From positions 44 to 64,043 of IMG/VR virus record IMGVR_UViG_3300048035_000179: DNA of 64,000 nt; one strand, written 5' to 3'. This DNA is from a virus. Taxonomy: Duplodnaviria > Caudoviricetes. The notes under the pieces are model-generated. The model was given only the letters and a program-made list of their open reading frames with translations. It was not told the origin of the DNA and did no database searches. A program made the position numbers and the translations under genes. Every line of letters starts with the position of its first letter. Within the stretch, counting starts at the first letter, position 1. This document shows positions 40,267 through 50,368 of the stretch, piece by piece.

Positions 40267-41088
40267 TTATTTAAGCAATTTTACGATTTCTTCGTAAACT
40301 AATTCCCCATTTTTGTTACTCAAAACAAAGTTGGTGAAGCCCTGTAAATAACTTGTTTTAGATGATCTTGGAACCTGCACTATTGTTTCTCCAGTTGAAA
40401 CCCAAAGGAACGTGCTTGATGCCTTATCAAACCTAATTACTTTTTTATCAATTGCTTTTTTGCAATTTGCTTGAATAGATTTATTCTTATCCTTACTTAA
40501 TGTGATAAATTGTTGAGGATCTTTTTCTGCCATGATCTCTAATTCATCTCTAAGAATAGAAATATCTCTTTTTTCGTCTTTATTTAAAGCAGCGATAAAC
40601 TCTCTTACTTCAGCAGCAGAAAGTTCAGCAGCAACATTCATTGCATCTCGCCTCATAGTTCTTTGTTTTCTAGAATCAGAAGCCTCTTTCTTAGGTTCTA
40701 CTAATTTAAACAAAGGAACAATACTTGAGTCTCTATCTGGATTTGAAGCATTATAGTTCGACAACATAAGATATTGATATATCTCTCTGTCACCTGTTTT
40801 TGAACCTCTTACCGCTAATAATCCTTTTTCTTTTTTTGTAAATTGAATAGTGTTAAATTGTGGTTTACCACCTACACCTAATGAAGCAATTGATGCTATA
40901 TCAATATAATCATCAGATTCTTTATCATAGACCCTATCAATTTGAGGAATCATATGAATCGAAGGCATAATTACTTTTCCTGGATTTTGAGGATCTTTTT
41001 TTACACCTAAATATTGAAAAACCTTTACCTCATTTCTTTTTAATTGAGGAGGGGTTTTAATGTTGTTGTATTCTTTAGTCTTTATCAT
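40267..41088 (-). CDS. Conserved protein downstream of the MCP (crAss-like synteny)
   Basis: Position, and 273-aa size with DPQQFI and AIDKKVI segments. Confidence 0.55.
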   Translation of the reverse strand: MIKTKEYNNIKTPPQLKRNEVKVFQYLGVKKDPQNPGKVIMPSIHMIPQIDRVYDKESDDYIDIASIASLGVGGKPQFNTIQFTKKEKGLLAVRGSKTGDREIYQYLMLSNYNASNPDRDSSIVPLFKLVEPKKEASDSRKQRTMRRDAMNVAAELSAAEVREFIAALNKDEKRDISILRDELEIMAEKDPQQFITLSKDKNKSIQANCKKAIDKKVIRFDKASSTFLWVSTGETIVQVPRSSKTSYLQGFTNFVLSNKNGELVYEEIVKLLK

Positions 41089-41102
41089 AATTGTTGGGTT
41101 TT

Positions 41103-41132
41103 AAAAAAAAGAGGGGAGGTTAGTCCCCTCTT
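41103..41132 (-). terminator. Intrinsic terminator after the major capsid gene
   Basis: The - strand reads AAGAGGGGA-CTAACC-TCCCCTC-TTTTTTTT. Confidence 0.85.
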
Positions 41133-41144
41133 AATTGATTAATA

Positions 41145-42458
41145 TTAGAATCCTGTTACAAGTGCACAGTGTTCTTTTCCTAAAACTTCAAGACCCATAA
41201 TAGCCTGGTAGTTTACGTCAAGAATTGCATCAGCACTTGTTGGAGTTGGAGCAAGTCCACCTGTCAAAGTTTCTCTGAAAGAGAAGTTGTTTCCATCTCC
41301 TTCTAAGTAACGTACTTGTAAGTAGTCTTGTGATCCACCGCCACCTGCTGTTTTAACTTGTCCAGTTGGTACAAGGTAAATCTCACCAGATCCAGTTACT
41401 GTAGAACCTAGTTCATTGTGATCTAAAATAGATAATTGCTTTTTGTTCCAAGTTCTTCCGTATAGGCTAAACTTGTCAATTCCTAAGTCAATCTCTCTTC
41501 CGTCAACTGAGAATCTAGCACCTGTTAAAACAGTTCCAGATAATCCGTTTAAAGCATTGTCAATAGCAATGTTAGCAGAAGTTCCTAACCACATCCAGTA
41601 GTCTTTTGGTGCTCTTGCTTTGTTTAAAGCAGCAGTCAAAGTAGACAATGTTGCAAGAACATCAGCACCATGATCATAAGGAGAACCAGAATTCAAGATA
41701 CCACCAGACTTAAGTTCTTGCTTAAGACCGTTAGTAGTTTGTACTGCGTTTCCTCCAATATTCATATCTCCAACAGTTGCACCTGCGTAGAAATCACCTG
41801 ATCCTTTACCAAACATTAAAGCGTTAGAGATATCTCCTCTAAATCTTTGTAATGCTTCGTAAGTACCTTTGTACATGAAGTAAGGCTTACCTTTGTACTC
41901 AACAGTAATCTTAGATGCTTTAGCAACATCAGAGATTCTGTATTTGTTTTTAAAGATCTGCACTCTGTTAGACTGCTTAGTAAGACCATACTTGATTGGG
42001 TCTGGAGATCCAGAACCTTCTCCTTGTGCATTAGAGAAAACAACAAACTTGTCTCCTGATGCATCGTAGTCAGTTGCAACACCTGCACCATCTACCGCTA
42101 CAAAATCAACTTCATTTGAAGCAGAGATTGCAGTAATTAAGTATACTTCACCAGAAGCACCCATCATTAAGTCACCTACACGAGCATTTCCAATTGCAGA
42201 AGTTGCAATACCTGCTTGTTTTCCTGTACCTGAACCTGCTTCAGAGATAGTGATTGCGTTGTCTTTATACAATGCCTCGTTTACGAATGCATGGTATACT
42301 GGTTGGCTAGTAGGCTTTAATTTACCTAATGCCTGCATAACGTCAAGGAATCCTTCCTCTTCGTTTTGTACGTCTAAGACGCTTGATAAGATCTCTCTTC
42401 CTTGCACGAATGAGTGCTGTAGGAATGATAAAGAACTTATATAACTAGAATTTTCCAT
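41145..42458 (-). CDS. Major capsid protein (HK97 fold)
   Basis: Follows portal and scaffold. N.VQIFKNKY.ISD, AL.FG and T.GL motifs, with a strong terminator downstream. Confidence 0.85.
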   Translation of the reverse strand: MENSSYISSLSFLQHSFVQGREILSSVLDVQNEEEGFLDVMQALGKLKPTSQPVYHAFVNEALYKDNAITISEAGSGTGKQAGIATSAIGNARVGDLMMGASGEVYLITAISASNEVDFVAVDGAGVATDYDASGDKFVVFSNAQGEGSGSPDPIKYGLTKQSNRVQIFKNKYRISDVAKASKITVEYKGKPYFMYKGTYEALQRFRGDISNALMFGKGSGDFYAGATVGDMNIGGNAVQTTNGLKQELKSGGILNSGSPYDHGADVLATLSTLTAALNKARAPKDYWMWLGTSANIAIDNALNGLSGTVLTGARFSVDGREIDLGIDKFSLYGRTWNKKQLSILDHNELGSTVTGSGEIYLVPTGQVKTAGGGGSQDYLQVRYLEGDGNNFSFRETLTGGLAPTPTSADAILDVNYQAIMGLEVLGKEHCALVTGF

Positions 42459-42480
42459 TTTTTTTAATTTTTAATTTTAT

Positions 42481-43653
42481 TTAACGAATGATTTTAACAT
42501 CTGAGTCCCCTCTACTCAGAGCACCAATTAATCCCTCTATAGGGTTAGAAGGTGTTTTATATTCCTTAGAACTTTTCATAGGCTTTTCAGTATTCTTCAT
42601 ATTAGATACGAGTTTTTCCTGACCCATTTCTTGTCCATGAGCAATAAGGGATGAATCGTAAACATCAGGGTTTGTTGCGTAAGCCAAAACTTTATACCAT
42701 TTTTCAAAATCGATATTCTCGTTTTCGTCTTTAAATAAAGAAAAGAACTTGTTATTATCTACAGTCATATCCTGTAAATCTTGTGGGTTCTCTACCTCAT
42801 AAGTAAACTTACTACCTCCATACTCAACTGAAATACTTTTGTTCTCCAACATATTTTTAGTTACAGCATGATTTGAGACAGTTTCTGTCCACTGTTCAAT
42901 GATTTTGTCTTGACTTTCAGTTTCTTGCCCTTCAGTTTTAGGAGGTTGTGTGAATTTATTTTGTTCGTCAACAAAATCTTTTCTTAGTTTTTGTGCTTCT
43001 GCTTTCAGAAGTTCCTTACCAAGTTCCACCTCATCCTCATCGAATTTATCCTCATCTAATGTATACTTGTCAATAACATCTCTTTGAAACAATCTTTCAA
43101 TGTTTCTTTCAGATAATGTAGGATTAGACTTAATTAAGTTACGTCTCATAACTTGTTCGTCTGACATTTCCTCATAATTGACAGATGTAGCCTCTAGATA
43201 AGGCGTTAAGTTTCCGTTTGCATGATAATATTCGACTGCATTTTTAATGAAGTCATCTTTAAATTGAGTTTCTGACGAATCTCTCATTCGCTTGTACTCT
43301 TCAAAAAATTCTTCTAATGTATTGGCTTTACCATCACTCAAGTCTTTAGAAATATTATCTAATTCTTGAAATAATTCTTCTGGCTTACCAATATTTTCAT
43401 CAGATTCAACTTGCTCTTCTTCTGAAACTTGTTCAGCAGGTTGATCTTCAGTTTCTTCAGAAACAGTTTCTTTTACCTCTGTTTCATCTTCGGAGGTATC
43501 TTCTACCCCTGTTTCTTTTGCTAAATCATCAGCAGCCTCTTTTAACGCTTCGTTTGGTTGTTCTTCTTCTTGTGGAGTTTCCACAGGTTGAGCCTCACCA
43601 TTTTCGTCAATGACTTTGACTTCTGATAGATCAAAATTTTCTTCTAATGCCAT
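42481..43653 (-). CDS. Capsid scaffolding protein
   Basis: Highly acidic coiled coil between portal and MCP. Confidence 0.75.
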   Translation of the reverse strand: MALEENFDLSEVKVIDENGEAQPVETPQEEEQPNEALKEAADDLAKETGVEDTSEDETEVKETVSEETEDQPAEQVSEEEQVESDENIGKPEELFQELDNISKDLSDGKANTLEEFFEEYKRMRDSSETQFKDDFIKNAVEYYHANGNLTPYLEATSVNYEEMSDEQVMRRNLIKSNPTLSERNIERLFQRDVIDKYTLDEDKFDEDEVELGKELLKAEAQKLRKDFVDEQNKFTQPPKTEGQETESQDKIIEQWTETVSNHAVTKNMLENKSISVEYGGSKFTYEVENPQDLQDMTVDNNKFFSLFKDENENIDFEKWYKVLAYATNPDVYDSSLIAHGQEMGQEKLVSNMKNTEKPMKSSKEYKTPSNPIEGLIGALSRGDSDVKIIR

Positions 43654-43684
43654 AATTTTATAATTTGTTGTTTATGTTTAATTA

Positions 43685-45961
43685 CTATGAGTTATCCTCT
43701 ATAACCTTCATACCTAACTCTTTAGTTGGCAAATTATCCATTGCATTTCTTTCTAAGTTAGATGCTTGTCTTATTTCTTCTATTTGTAACTCGTATTTAT
43801 ATTTTTCATCTTGCAGTTTTAAATCTAGTTCTAGTTTTAATTTTTCCATTTCCATTTTCATCTGCATTTCCATCTGCAAAGTTTGTTGCTTTGCTTGTTC
43901 TGCCGCTTGAGCAGATTGCATTTGAATTTCACCGTTCATTTGTTGCTGTCTAATAGCCTTGGCTTCCGCTTCTTCTCGCTTCTTTTTAATTCTATAAGCC
44001 AACACCTGCTGCGCTTGTTTTAAATTCTTTATTTGCTCTATAAATACAGCATCTTCAAAATCAACCTGACCCTGTGCTACAGAACCCTGTAATATTTGCA
44101 TTAATCTTTGTTTTTGCTCCTCTGTAGGTCTATCCTCAATTTTTACACCAAACTCATGCTTAGAAACAGTTGGAGACATTTCAAAAAACTTCATAGAGTT
44201 TTCTCCTAAAGATCTTACATAACCTTTAATTGGATTCCTTTTTATTGAGTCTTGTAATCTTACAACACAAGCACTTGCAAGTTTCTCTAACAAGTATCTT
44301 TCTCCTTGCTCTATATGCGCTAAAGCATTATTAGTTGCTTGGGCTGCTAATTTAGCAGTCGTTGTTAATGATCTGGCGTCTGGAGTTGAACCGTCTGTAA
44401 ATTCATTTAACCCTGTGATCTGACGAATCATCTCAATATTATTTTGAATAACCTGATAGTATGTCATTGCATCCCTACCTAAACCATTTTCCAATTCTTC
44501 AATAGGTCTATAGTTAGTTGGTTTACCTCCAATATCATTACGTCTATAAACTAATGTACCTGTCTTATTAAACAGATCAATTACATCCATAGGTTTCATT
44601 TGCTGACCACCTGAACCTAAAGGAATATCCTCTAAGGCTCCTAATTCTATCATAATACCTTTTGGTCTAGCCTGATTAATTGTATTTTGAAGTCTATACC
44701 ATGAAATTTGAATTTGATCAGCAATTGGAATTAATTGCTCCATAATACCTAAAGGTTTCATGTTGTGAAAATCTGGAGCGAACAAATGATAGGAAAGGTC
44801 TGTATCCATTAAGTTAGACTTAACCCTTTTCATATTAGTACATAAACCGTAATTAAAACAATAATCTGAGTCTACAATCCAAGAAATCTTATAAACGGTT
44901 TTATAGGCTGATCTAATAAATTTATTTTTACGCTTATTTACACTGTTATATCCTGCTCTTCCAAATCTTTTATTACCTCTTCGGTCAACTCTTGACTCAT
45001 AGACCATTTCGTCTACACTAAAGAACTCTAAATCTAAAACAAGTATTTTCCTATCGTCATAATGCTTATAGTATTTTTTATTTGATGGGAACATTTTAGT
45101 ATCTCCCTGTCTCCCTGAAAACCTTTCAGCAATATCTTGATATTCTTTTTCTGTAAACTGATTACCTGCTCTTTGTTTTAAATCTGATATTGACATTTCA
45201 GTAATCTCTCCAACATGAATTTTATCACTAAAATCTCTTTTATTACAATGAGATATCAAAAGTTTAGATGGATTTACAACTCTGGTTTTAACAGCACCAT
45301 TACTGTCGATATATTCTTTATATCCTGCAACACCAAAATCAAAAAGATATTCCATTATCTGCTTTCGCTTTTCATCCATGTCATTAGTATGAAAAACAAG
45401 TTCAATACCTTGTTCCATTTCTATTGCTGCATTGTGCTTAAAAGTATATGCCATATGCATATTTAACTCCTCATCATTTTCTGGTTCTCCAGGCTGTTTT
45501 TTTAGAGGGCTAAATTCTTCTATTCCAGGAATTTGTTTTGCAGCAGCATTTCTTAAGTCCATCTTCGCTTTAGTCTTCTTATAGTAATCTTCTATTTGAG
45601 ACTGTGCTAAACTATCTATCGGAGTTACAGTTATGTTATATTCTGTCTTGTTTAGTTTACCTAAAGCAATTCTTCTAAATTTTGGAACTATAGGTAGAAC
45701 TGACCAATCAATTGCAAACCAACTTTCATTGTCTGCATCGTCTACATTTAATAAACTTTTATATTTATTAATTGACTGATTACCTTGTGCATAATCTTTA
45801 ACTTTAGAATATGAACCCCTGTTGTTATGAAATGACTGTGTACTATGTGTAGTATAGTCAGACCATGCTGCTTTTGCGTAAGATAAACACCAGTCCTTAC
45901 CCTTTTCTCTTGGATCAATGGTATGGCTTGGGTAGTTTTCCTTGCTTTTATGTTTTATCAT
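43685..45961 (-). CDS. Portal protein (crAss-like/Bacteroidota podovirus type)
   Basis: IDWS.LPIVPKF, IR.ITGLNE..DGSTP...L..KLAA..TNNA and a Gln/Met-rich C-terminal barrel. Follows TerL. Confidence 0.9.
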   Translation of the reverse strand: MIKHKSKENYPSHTIDPREKGKDWCLSYAKAAWSDYTTHSTQSFHNNRGSYSKVKDYAQGNQSINKYKSLLNVDDADNESWFAIDWSVLPIVPKFRRIALGKLNKTEYNITVTPIDSLAQSQIEDYYKKTKAKMDLRNAAAKQIPGIEEFSPLKKQPGEPENDEELNMHMAYTFKHNAAIEMEQGIELVFHTNDMDEKRKQIMEYLFDFGVAGYKEYIDSNGAVKTRVVNPSKLLISHCNKRDFSDKIHVGEITEMSISDLKQRAGNQFTEKEYQDIAERFSGRQGDTKMFPSNKKYYKHYDDRKILVLDLEFFSVDEMVYESRVDRRGNKRFGRAGYNSVNKRKNKFIRSAYKTVYKISWIVDSDYCFNYGLCTNMKRVKSNLMDTDLSYHLFAPDFHNMKPLGIMEQLIPIADQIQISWYRLQNTINQARPKGIMIELGALEDIPLGSGGQQMKPMDVIDLFNKTGTLVYRRNDIGGKPTNYRPIEELENGLGRDAMTYYQVIQNNIEMIRQITGLNEFTDGSTPDARSLTTTAKLAAQATNNALAHIEQGERYLLEKLASACVVRLQDSIKRNPIKGYVRSLGENSMKFFEMSPTVSKHEFGVKIEDRPTEEQKQRLMQILQGSVAQGQVDFEDAVFIEQIKNLKQAQQVLAYRIKKKREEAEAKAIRQQQMNGEIQMQSAQAAEQAKQQTLQMEMQMKMEMEKLKLELDLKLQDEKYKYELQIEEIRQASNLERNAMDNLPTKELGMKVIEDNS

Positions 45962-47943
45962 CCTACCTTATGTCTTTTAAAAAATGTCTTTGCCTCGACA
46001 AAATTACCTTTTGCTATTTGATTCTTATATAAAATATACTTGTCTGCAATTAGTGTGTATCCTGCTGCCATAGCGGCATCAAACTTTGTTGTCTTACTTA
46101 TATCAAACTCTAACCAATCTTTTAGCAGTTTTACAAAACACACATTATTTATATAGTTTTCAATATACTCCTCGGTCACCTCCGCTATTTGCTGATGAGT
46201 TTTAACTGATCCACTTAACCCTGGCTTTGAACTGCCAGGTAAATACATAAGAAAAGCAGCGTAACCCCTATCTTCAAAATAATTTTTTATACCAATTTTA
46301 TTATCCTCAAACAAAAGTTCACATGAATAATAATGACAGCACTTCAAAACATCTTCATAAAATTGTCTTGCAGTACTTGGTCGGTAAATATATTCAACTA
46401 TAAATGAACTGTTATAAAAATTTGATACTGAGTTGTGTTTCTTGTAAACATAGAATGCACCATCAGACCTTCTGCCATCTACAGTAGAGTCATGATCGTA
46501 TGGGTCACATCCCATAACAAACTCTCCTTTTCTTGTTGGAAGATAATTTTGACCTCTTTTAATTACATTATTTGCATCTTTAAAATCCTCAAACAAGTAA
46601 GAAACTTTAAATCTACCGTTACTCATTGGTTTAAATTCAACATACCCAGTTTCTTTATCACCAACCCATTCAAAATTTCCTACTGTATAAAGATTTTCAC
46701 TCCAAGATATCTGATCTATTCTATCATTTAATTTCATTGCATTATAGAGAGATCTTTCACCATCTATACGAAAAGCCTCTTCAATAGTGAACGGATTCCT
46801 GCGTATAATGCTCGACAAAGCACGATCATCGTTAATAAGATTTGCACGTTCAGCCAAATAATATTCCTTAGCCCTAACTTCATCAGCATAACCATACTTG
46901 TCAAAGTAAAGGGTTTTATAAGAAGGTGTAAAAAATCGAAATAATCCACTGGCAGTCCTACCAGAACTATTTCTATCTTCCTGTGAACTATTGTCCCAAA
47001 GTCTTTTAAACGACTCACCACCTGATTCCATTTCCTCGACAGTGGTTGTATAAAGTAATTTTCCAATATATTCGCCATCCAGTTCCGAACAGAAACGAAC
47101 AACGTTGTGCCTTTCCCAGACATCCACTTCCATAGTTTTTCCAACCTCGTCACCAAGGTATCTGTGTAATTTTGTTCCATCATATGCATATTTATCTGAA
47201 CTCTTCCAGTCTATTTGTGATTCGAGTTCGGGTTTACCTAAATCTTCGAGCGACTTTCGCCCACGTTTAGTTGTTCTATAAAATCTTAATTCTGAGGTAG
47301 GGGTGACCCCTTTAGACTGATCGTATACAGGTCTAAAGAAATCTGGTAGTTTTTTAAAAGGTGCTATAATACTTTTTTGGAATACATTATTCTTTGCATC
47401 CATAGCGGTTTTAGATTGTATACCTCCGTTTTTATTTTTAGACCTAGATATTAAATCAAACATAAAAACACCTGCCCTAACAGTTTTACCCTGCCTACGT
47501 TTTGTTAACTCTATCATGCCTAGACAATTAGGGTTTTCTACACAGGCTTGTAAAAAATAAAAATATTCTTGGTCTACCTTTCTAAAACTTGGATAACCAA
47601 CATCTATCTTCCACCAGTTTAAGAACAAGTAATGCATTCCAGTTATGTATTCTGCTTTACCATTATTCATAAACCAGACACCATTTAGTCTTCTATCCCA
47701 TTCCTGAGACCTAAAGTTTTCTAACTCTACATCAAAATAATCTTTATCTTCTGCTTGTCTTGCTAACTCTTCTGTTCTCTTATAGTTATAACCTTCAGGG
47801 AGTGTAGTCCTAATCCAGACTTGATCTGCCTTTTTAGAAGAACTAGTAATCATGGGTCTTTTTTCTATTTCCTGAGAAATTACATTATAGACCTTTCCTT
47901 TAGGCGGAAGAGTAAATTCAACTCCTTGAATGTTTACTGTCAT
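45958..47943 (-). CDS. terL: Terminase large subunit
   Basis: YITG.HY, KRRQGKT Walker A, YDG.KL...DEVGK Walker B, and nuclease motifs GCDPYD and TKFDA. Confidence 0.95.
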   Translation of the reverse strand: MTVNIQGVEFTLPPKGKVYNVISQEIEKRPMITSSSKKADQVWIRTTLPEGYNYKRTEELARQAEDKDYFDVELENFRSQEWDRRLNGVWFMNNGKAEYITGMHYLFLNWWKIDVGYPSFRKVDQEYFYFLQACVENPNCLGMIELTKRRQGKTVRAGVFMFDLISRSKNKNGGIQSKTAMDAKNNVFQKSIIAPFKKLPDFFRPVYDQSKGVTPTSELRFYRTTKRGRKSLEDLGKPELESQIDWKSSDKYAYDGTKLHRYLGDEVGKTMEVDVWERHNVVRFCSELDGEYIGKLLYTTTVEEMESGGESFKRLWDNSSQEDRNSSGRTASGLFRFFTPSYKTLYFDKYGYADEVRAKEYYLAERANLINDDRALSSIIRRNPFTIEEAFRIDGERSLYNAMKLNDRIDQISWSENLYTVGNFEWVGDKETGYVEFKPMSNGRFKVSYLFEDFKDANNVIKRGQNYLPTRKGEFVMGCDPYDHDSTVDGRRSDGAFYVYKKHNSVSNFYNSSFIVEYIYRPSTARQFYEDVLKCCHYYSCELLFEDNKIGIKNYFEDRGYAAFLMYLPGSSKPGLSGSVKTHQQIAEVTEEYIENYINNVCFVKLLKDWLEFDISKTTKFDAAMAAGYTLIADKYILYKNQIAKGNFVEAKTFFKRHKVG

Positions 47944-48536
47944 AGATTCGCAATAAATTCTGGTGTAAGCCTCTTATCTGCTTTTATTGTTTTCAACAAC
48001 TCCTGATCTTCTCCATACAATTTCATATAGTATGAATCTAACCTGTCGTTTATAGTGTTCAAGTCATCCATTATCTTGGACTTAATCTGCAAGGCTTGTA
48101 GTATATCCTTGTCTCTATCTCCCTCAACTGGACTTAGTAATTTTGTCTGGTATTCAAAGAATGTTTGCTCATTAGAAACAATCATTGACCATATTCTGTT
48201 GTTTTGTTTTCTTAAAAACTCATCAACCATATCAACTAACTCACTAGACTGAAAGAAAAATATATTGTGTAAAACTTCATTATCTTTCACAAGATCATAT
48301 CCAGAAAGTAAAGCGGCTTGCTCTTTTCTTATTTTAAGATCTGGAAACTGTTCTTTCATTGGTGTGTTTTGATCATACATATAAAGAACATATGCAATCA
48401 TCTGATCATCAGCAGACTGGAAACTGCTAAACATTTTCATTTTTGGATACTTTTTCTTTAATGATCCTTTAACCTTAAATGGATTAAATATCATCTTCCT
48501 AAAGTCCTCTGTATTGAAGATTTCCGTTAAAGACAT
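47940..48536 (-). CDS. Conserved protein upstream of TerL (possible small terminase)
   Basis: First gene of the late operon, overlapping TerL, helical. Confidence 0.5.
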   Translation of the reverse strand: MSLTEIFNTEDFRKMIFNPFKVKGSLKKKYPKMKMFSSFQSADDQMIAYVLYMYDQNTPMKEQFPDLKIRKEQAALLSGYDLVKDNEVLHNIFFFQSSELVDMVDEFLRKQNNRIWSMIVSNEQTFFEYQTKLLSPVEGDRDKDILQALQIKSKIMDDLNTINDRLDSYYMKLYGEDQELLKTIKADKRLTPEFIANL

Positions 48537-48544
48537 TATGTTGG

Positions 48545-48667
48545 TTTTTGGTAAAAGTAAAATTTAATATTATGATAGATATAAAAATTTAAGTCTCGCT
48601 TTATACACTATTATGAATGGAAAATATTTGTAGTGCTACTACTGCCAAATATTATATTTACCAAAAA
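48545..48667. promoter_or_regulatory. Divergent promoter pair sharing TAnnTTTACCAAAAA
   Basis: TACTTTTACCAAAAA on the - strand (48545-48559) and TATATTTACCAAAAA on the + strand (48653-48667), each about 8-9 nt before an ATG. Resembles the Bacteroidota -7 box. Confidence 0.55.
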
Positions 48668-48676
48668 TTAGTTTCA

Positions 48677-48922
48677 ATGGCATTGCATCAAGGTAAGAGT
48701 GTTACACTCAATAAAATAATGAAGTCAGAACGAGCAGCAAAAAAAAGCAAGGTTTATGTAAAAAAACCTAATGGCAAAGTTACTGTTGTTCATTTCGGTG
48801 ATCCTAATATGAAAATCAAAAAAAATATACCTAGCAGAAGAAAATCTTTTAGGGCTAGACATAAATGTGATAATCCAGGTCCTCGTTGGAAAGCGAGATA
48901 TTGGGCTTGTAAAACGTGGTAA
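48677..48922 (+). CDS. Basic phage protein (DUF6321-like)
   Basis: KVYVKKPNGKV.VVHFGDPNMKIKK..P.RRKSFRARHKCD.PGPRWKARYWAC. Start moved to ATG 48677. Confidence 0.75.
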   Translation: MALHQGKSVTLNKIMKSERAAKKSKVYVKKPNGKVTVVHFGDPNMKIKKNIPSRRKSFRARHKCDNPGPRWKARYWACKTW

Positions 48923-48932
48923 AAAAAATAAT

Positions 48933-49220
48933 ATGACACAAAAAATCAGTGAATCAACAGAGGTAAAACTTGATTTAAAAACAATTGGAATTATAATTGG
49001 CTTTGTAATGAGTCTTGCAACTGTGTTTTTTACATTAAAAGCAGATATTGCATTGGCTAAAGAATTACCTAAACCTCCAGTATCTAGATCAGAATACGAC
49101 CTAAAAGATCAGTTAATAAGAGAACAAATAATGAATACGGGTGCTCAAGTACAAGAGAATGGCAAAAAGTTGGATATGATTGAAGAAAGATTGTACGAAC
49201 TAAGCATTAAAAAAAATTAA
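48933..49220 (+). CDS. Single-pass membrane protein with a coiled-coil tail
   Basis: MTQKISESTEVKLDLKT, then a hydrophobic helix and coiled coil. Confidence 0.7.
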   Translation: MTQKISESTEVKLDLKTIGIIIGFVMSLATVFFTLKADIALAKELPKPPVSRSEYDLKDQLIREQIMNTGAQVQENGKKLDMIEERLYELSIKKN

Positions 49221-49226
49221 TAAGCC

Positions 49227-49577
49227 ATGAAAAATATTTTTGTCTTCATCATTCTATTTTTTATACCATTAAATTCATCACCAACAAAAATTACACTTCC
49301 TTCAGACGATACATTGAGTAAAATTATCGTTTATCAAATAAATTCCGATTGGAATGAAAGCAATTCAATAAAGAATCTAGAAAAACTAAGAGGCTGTAGA
49401 TATGTTTACGGATATTTAGAAGATCAACCAAATGATTTAAAAGAAAAAATTAAATCTGTACCTGCTGTTTTTATTACAAAAGAAGGTAGGGTTATTTATA
49501 GATATCAAGCAGGTCTTTCATTAGTTCCAACGATTGGCTATAAAGAAATACAATCAGTTGTAAACAAACATAAATAA
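49227..49577 (+). CDS. Secreted thioredoxin-fold-like protein lacking CxxC
   Basis: Signal peptide. QINSDWN and IKSVPAVFI.KEG...RY match thioredoxin cis-Pro topology. Confidence 0.6.
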   Translation: MKNIFVFIILFFIPLNSSPTKITLPSDDTLSKIIVYQINSDWNESNSIKNLEKLRGCRYVYGYLEDQPNDLKEKIKSVPAVFITKEGRVIYRYQAGLSLVPTIGYKEIQSVVNKHK

Positions 49578-49795
49578 TGGGGAGAGACTATAAAGATGAA
49601 TATAAGAAGTTTCAATCTTCACCCGCAATGATTAGGTATCGTTCTTTGTTAAATAAGTATAACAGAAAAAAAGGTACTTATGGCAATGGAGACAATAAAG
49701 ATGCCTCTCATAAAGGAGATAAAATAGTTGGTTTTGAAGATCAGTCTAAAAACAGAGGTAGAAGAGAAAAAAGTAGAATTAAAAAAAAGAAATAA
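49577..49795 (+). CDS. Basic HNH-like small protein
   Basis: RDYKDEY...GD.KD.SH...SKNRG pattern of minimal phage HNH-like proteins. Confidence 0.6.
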   Translation: MGRDYKDEYKKFQSSPAMIRYRSLLNKYNRKKGTYGNGDNKDASHKGDKIVGFEDQSKNRGRREKSRIKKKK

Positions 49796-49798
49796 ATC

Positions 49799-50074
49799 AT
49801 GGATGAAGAAAAATTAAAAAAAATCAGGGCTAGAATTAAATATTTGCGAAAAATTGGTAAAAATCAAAAGGCTGATCAATTAGTAAATAAAATAACAAAG
49901 GTTAACGCTAAAAAAGAATATAAAAAAGAACGTGGTAAAACTGGAGTAGGAAGTTTTATTAAAAAAGTGGGTTCTGGAGTTAAAAATGCAGCAAAAACTG
50001 TAGTAAATGAGGTTAAAGAAACCGCTGATACAGTAAAGAAAGTAAAAGAAATAAAGAAATCTAAAAAAAATTAA
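49799..50074 (+). CDS. Lysine-rich hypothetical protein
   Basis: ORF in the cluster, very basic. Confidence 0.6.
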   Translation: MDEEKLKKIRARIKYLRKIGKNQKADQLVNKITKVNAKKEYKKERGKTGVGSFIKKVGSGVKNAAKTVVNEVKETADTVKKVKEIKKSKKN

Positions 50075-50076
50075 TC

Positions 50077-50151
50077 ATGGCATATCCTAAAATCAAAAAA
50101 AAGTGCAAGTGCGGTAAACCTTATAGTAAATGTAAAGGCTGTAAGAAGTAA
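50077..50151 (+). CDS. Cys-rich basic microprotein (24 aa, SEC-C-like)
   Basis: MAYPKIKKKCKCGKPYSKCKGCKK, with TAATG coupling to the next gene. Confidence 0.55.
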   Translation: MAYPKIKKKCKCGKPYSKCKGCKK

Positions 50152-50303
50152 TGGCAAAGATTAAAAAACCAAAACCAACCAAACCAGGTCTATGGAGTAG
50201 CGCAATTGCCGCTGCTAAAAAAAAGTTTAAGGTTTATCCTAGCGCATATGCAAATGCTTGGGCTAGTAAATGGTATAAGTCTAAAGGAGGATCATGGAAA
50301 TAA
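50151..50303 (+). CDS. Basic microprotein (50 aa), not in the ORF track
   Basis: MAKIKKPKPTKPGLWSSAIAAAKKKFKVYPSAYANAWASKWYKSKGGSWK. The KFKVYPSAYAN...YK..GG.W motif recurs in phages. Confidence 0.75.
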   Translation: MAKIKKPKPTKPGLWSSAIAAAKKKFKVYPSAYANAWASKWYKSKGGSWK

Positions 50304-50368
50304 CGAAAATAAAAAAATTCATTTTTGATTACTGGGTTAAACCCTGGGTTCAATTATAATTATTCACA

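Noticed and set aside
3238-48252. Numerous antisense or nested ORFs in the track (e.g. 3658-3951, 7910-8224, 10700-11206, 46764-47189)
   Set aside because: They lie wholly within well-supported genes and have shadow-ORF composition with no motifs.
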